A stretch of DNA of 63,018 nt, counting the filler, from Octopus bimaculoides (Eukaryota): the NCBI RefSeq assembly GCF_001194135.2. It is 5 parts of 5 records of this genome, joined end to end, with 100 filler letters (N's around TTAATTAATTAA, not from the genome) between each part and the next. Parts side by side here need not be neighbours in the genome. Positions count along the whole stretch, not along the records: positions 56,523 to 63,018 come from NC_068986.1; 4 more parts are not named here. One strand, given 5' to 3'. Every line of letters starts with the position of its first letter. The first letter of the stretch is position 1. The notes below the pieces were generated by a model. That model worked only from the letters and a program-made list of their open reading frames with translations. It made no database searches and was not told the DNA's origin. The position numbers and the translations under genes were made by a program. Positions 58,471 through 63,018 of the stretch are shown in pieces.

Positions 58471-59492
58471 TACTGATACGCGATTTTATGCTCGCCAATA
58501 CACTAATACACTCTCATATAAATACATATGACCCAGATACCGCGGTTTCGTCCATGTTTTCAACAAATATGAGAGACCTTAAAACTCTGTTGTAATGAAC
58601 AGAAATATAAATTTTATTAGATTTATATATCACTCTGGTTTTAAAGCATGCTGCATGGTGTATGGTGTATATTGTATGCATGTATTTAACTGCAGGCTTT
58701 AGTAACAGTATATATCTTGCAATATGCATCTATTTGTATGTGTGGTTGTGTATATATGTGTATATGTGTACCGGGTTATGTTAGTCTTTCTATGTATTTG
58801 CGTATTTATGATTTTGTGTATAAGGTGTGAAAGCATTGAGAGGATGTGTATAAGTACTTAGAGTGTTTTGTGTATATACTTGGGCATAAATATGCTTCTT
58901 TATGTATATGTTTATATATACTTAAATATGTGCGTGTGCGATGAATATATGTAAAAATGTGTTTGTTAAATAATATGCGTATTACAAATGTATTTCTCTC
59001 TCTCTCTCGCCCTCTCTCTGTCTGTCTCTCTCTCTCTCCCTCTCTCTCTCTCTCCCTCGTAATGTGTGTGTGTGTGTGTGTGTGTAGTTGTTTCTCGGTC
59101 CGATGATACATGATAGGAAATTATGTAAATATATGAATAAATATTTATGTAGAGTTTCGTACATTATACGGTTGCTTGTGTGTGTGTGTGTGTNNNNNNN
59201 NNNNNNNNNNNNNNNNNNNNNNNNNNNNNNNNNNNNNNNNNNNNNNNNNNNNNNNNNNNNNNNNNNNNNNNNNNNNNNNNNNNNNNNNNNNNNNNNNNNN
59301 NNNNNNNNNNNNNNNNNNNNNNNNNNNNNNNNNNNNNNNNNNNNNNNNNNNNNNNNNNNNNNNNNNNNNNNNNNNNNNNNNNNNNNNNNNNNNNNNNNNN
59401 NNNNNNNNNNNNNNNNNNNNNNNNNNNNNNNNNNNNNNNNNNNNNNNNNNNNNNNNNNNNNNNNNNNNNNNNNNNNNNNNNNNNNNNNNNNN

Positions 59493-59569
<77 letters not shown>

Positions 59570-60009
59570 TATACAGTTTTGCATATACCTACATGCACAC
59601 ACACACACATAAATGTTTAATACTTTTCCCATAATACAACCGAACGGAAATTGAGTGGTGAGCAGTTTGGGTACGGAGGTAGAGATTCAGAAATCGACAA
59701 AAGAAGATATTAATAATGAAACAACAACAATAGGAACAATAACACCCAACTTCAGTAACAACAACAACAACAACAACAACAATAACAACAACAGTAATAA
59801 GTAAAAAAAAAAGCAAAATAATAAAGGAGAAATGAAAGGAACCGTAGCTACATTATGAACAACATCAACGACGAATACGACGACAACAACAACAACAACA
59901 ACAACAACAACCTGATGACACTTTGCAGAGTTTATGAGAGGCATCGATATTCACAGCAGACAAGAGCAACAAATAAATCTGCAGCTAAAAACAAACACTA
60001 CAAAAAGAT

Positions 60010-60037
60010 AGTGTTGCTGTTGCTGCTGCTACTGTTG

Positions 60038-60073
<36 letters not shown>

Positions 60074-60218
60074 GTAGTAGTAGTAGTAGTACCAGCAGCA
60101 GCAGCGGNNNNNNNNNNNNNNNNNNNNNNNNNNNNNNNNNNNNNNNNNNNNNNNNNNNNNNNNNNNNNNNNNNNNNNNNNNNNNNNNNNNNNNCGTCGTC
60201 GTCGTCGTCGTCGTAGTT

Positions 60219-60274
<56 letters not shown>

Positions 60275-60515
60275 TGTTGTTGTTGTTGTTGTTGTAGCAA
60301 AAATGTTACTGCTACTACTACTGCTACTGATTGTGGTGGTCCGACGACGATGACGACGATGAGGATGATGATAGTGATGATGATGGTGTTGATGATGGTG
60401 ATGATGTGATGACGATGTCAATGACGATGATGGTGATGGTGATGATGATGACAACGACGACAACGACAATGACGATGAAGATGACGATGATGAGGATGAT
60501 GATAATGATGATGAC

Positions 60516-60547
<32 letters not shown>

Positions 60548-60627
60548 CGATGATGATGATGATGACGATGATGACGATGATGATGATGATGAGGATGATG
60601 ATGAGGATGATGACGATGATGATGATG

Positions 60628-60664
<37 letters not shown>

Positions 60665-60770
60665 CGATGATGATGATGATGATGATGATGGTGATGATGG
60701 TGATGATGATGATGACGATGATGATGTTTATGATGATGATGATGGCGATAATGATGATGAGGAGGAGGAG
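60010..60770. repeat. Compound trinucleotide array (CTA/GTA/CGT/GAT)
   Basis: Direct inspection; about 430 bp of (GAT/GAC/GAG)n at 60342-60770. Confidence 0.95.
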
Positions 60771-61149
60771 GAAGAAATTGTAATCAACGTAATCATAATT
60801 AGCGATATGCCTAAAGAAATACTCTTGGCCAAGATGTTGCAGCCATTCAGTAACCAACAATTTGTGATACCCCCACTGCGTCCCACTCCGTCCCACACTA
60901 ACCCTCGCCGACCCCTGTCTCACCTGTATCGGAAACACAACAATGTTCTTGCACGTCTGAACTTACCATGCCTCTATTAAACATACTCCTTTTTATTCAA
61001 GTCCTTATTTTCGCTGCTCTTCACAGACTATCTATGATGCTTGGTTGAGGTTCCTTAGACCCAAATCTAATCTGGGAAGCCTCTGATCTATTGTGTAAAA
61101 CTGTTAGATACCCGAGAATTATGAACCACTAGAAGTACTCCTGGTAATC

Positions 61150-61970
61150 TTAATACTTTGCCTTATATATCAATACACCATCCGAGATACATGGAAGTAT
61201 ACAGCATCATCCATCAAAATATCCCGTTGATGAATGACTACGAACGAAAAAGGTACTCAAAGTATACAAATAAAAGAATAAAATAAAAGATAGTCCAAGT
61301 CTTTATCATGAAATTACCCATTACCGCCATATTAGCCAGTTAAGCATTACAACCCCAATGTCTCCAAAGTGTAACTGCCGTAATTGCGAAATCTGCATCA
61401 ACCTCGTAGAAAACACGACATATAAATTTAAATCAGAACTTTTACCATCAAAAATAATTTCAACTGCGCATTAAGAGATTTAGCTATGTTATCAAGTGTG
61501 GTAGGTGTGGTGGAGACTACATAGGACAAACCGGTCTAAGTCGGAAGGAGAGAATCACGGTACATCACCAACAGATATGAGCACCCAGGACCAGAAAAAT
61601 ACTCATGAGTGAACATCAAGATCTTCGCCCAAAGAACAAACATCCCAATATCAAATTTTCCTTTTATATCAATGCACCAGGGACACTACAGTCTAATTTA
61701 GATTAAATTAGGCAAATACGTGTATTAAGAAATATAAACCAAAATTAAAACTCTATAACATGACAAAAGAATGAGAAAATATACTTTATTAAATTCAACT
61801 AAAAATCAAATAGAAACAACAAAAATAAAACAGGTAAATCATAATTTGAGGTAAGAGGCTTACTCCGAGCTTCGAAACCCTAACATCAAACCCCTGTATA
61901 ATTGGGTATTACAATGTTTCAAGGATTGACCAACGGTATTTTGTTTTTGGTTAAAACCAGACCTTCAGGA
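61150..61970 (+). mobile_element. Penelope-like element fragment with GIY-YIG endonuclease
   Basis: KCNCRNCEIC at 61367; YVIKCGRCGGDYIGQTGLSRKERITVHHQQI*...MSEH from 61485. Confidence 0.8.
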
Positions 61971-62310
61971 AAAGAAGCAACAAGTGATGATTTTACGCAT
62001 ACAAGATGTCTTATCACTATACAGTTTTTCTACGCCTTCACTTTCTTTTAAACTTCTATTCTGTATTTTATCATTTACCATTGAAAACGAAGAGAAAACT
62101 GGTTTTTATTTTTGTTGAAACCGGTGTAGTATTTTAATACCATACCGGTATTAACTGCTACCTTGGATGAGTATAATCTGCAAATGAACCAGACAAAAGC
62201 ACTTTAATCCTACATTAAGGGACATTAGGAGACTTATGTACCTGTAGTCCTACAGCGACGTGGTGCGTCTTTGTTTTGCAGTGCTTCTCCTGTGTTCATC
62301 GATTTTTGCG

Positions 62311-62940
62311 ATGGCTGAAACGAAGGAACAGCGTTCTTCCGTGAAATTCTGTTTCTTGCTGGGGAAAACAGCGACCGAAACAGTTGTCATGCTTCAAAGA
62401 CCTTGCAAGGATGCTGCCATGACCAAAATGCAAGTTTACAAGTGGTTTTCATGCTTTAGGAATGGTCCTTTGTCGCTTGAGGACCAACTTCGTTCAGTGC
62501 GACTGTCGATCTCCCGAGCGAATGAAAACTATGAAAATTCATGAACTGACCTTGAAGGACCATTGCCCAACCATTGACGAACTTGTTGATTTGACTGATG
62601 TGTCTTTGATCTCATGCCCGCAAATTTCGAGCGACGAATCGCGAATGGAAAGAGTTGCTACAAAATTTGTGCCTCGCTTGCTCACAGAAGGTCAAAAGCA
62701 GACACGATTCAATGCCTGAAGTAAACTGTTAAAACTGTTGGAAGTTGATCTGGACCTTTTTTTCGAATGTCATCATTCTTGCCGAAAGGTGATACTATGG
62801 AATTTGTAGATGTGGAAGACGTGAACTAAAAAAAACGACGGAGATGTTAAAAGGCATCACTTTGCAAGAATTCCAACACCGTTTCAGTGGAAAACAGAGG
62901 AAAATGAATCTGGACTGATGCATTGCTTCAAATCGAGAAT
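62311..62940 (+). mobile_element. Decayed mariner transposase fragment
   Basis: MAETKEQRSSVKFCFLLGKTATETVVML...VYKWFSCFRNG..SLED; ...VATKFVPRLLT (WVP-like linker). Confidence 0.85.
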
Positions 62941-63018
62941 ACTTTGTCTACACCACCTGTCTTCGTCTTTTGGGTTTTTTTGTGAATTCTCCCTATATAT
63001 ATATATATATATATATAT

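Noticed and set aside
32004-59632. Long ORFs in the supplied track (e.g. 32089-33342, 46012-47370, 55076-56113)
   Set aside because: They are open only because N runs and dinucleotide repeats lack stops.
60324-60783. Poly-Ile/Met/Asp ORFs suggesting membrane or acidic proteins
   Set aside because: Pure translation of (GAT)n microsatellite.

Overview
AT-rich, microsatellite-rich animal genomic DNA with many N gaps. The repeat landscape (RTE 3' ends with (GAT)n tails, several tRNA-derived SINEs, long (TA)n/(CA)n/(TAA)n arrays) looks like a coleoid cephalopod, most likely Octopus; this is inference from repeat style, not a database result. Bases 517-30672 contain 20 + strand exons that splice with consistent phases into 848 codons of DNA-PKcs (PRKDC), covering the FAT domain and the N-lobe/hinge of the PI3K-like kinase (roughly human residues 3000-3860 from recalled sequence). 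The catalytic DRH/DFG and FATC exons are not recognisable in the window, and the gene stops just before an assembly join at ~31.2 kb. Main leads: (i) a CpG-rich 5' end with an ATG micro-exon (40-54) in phase with the first PRKDC exon, suggesting an N-terminally truncated 'mini' DNA-PKcs gene or internal promoter; (ii) Trp-to-Cys at the kinase hinge; (iii) a duplicated splice acceptor that gives an immediate stop, on an exon that also appears to use a GC donor; (iv) two near-intact and several decayed minimal type I hammerhead ribozymes with palindromic stem III, of the Penelope type, plus large hairpins; (v) R4/Dong-type retroelements nested in (TAA)n arrays in the distal half. Repeat boundaries are approximate; exon boundaries were read base by base. 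No rRNA, true tRNA or CRISPR feature was found.
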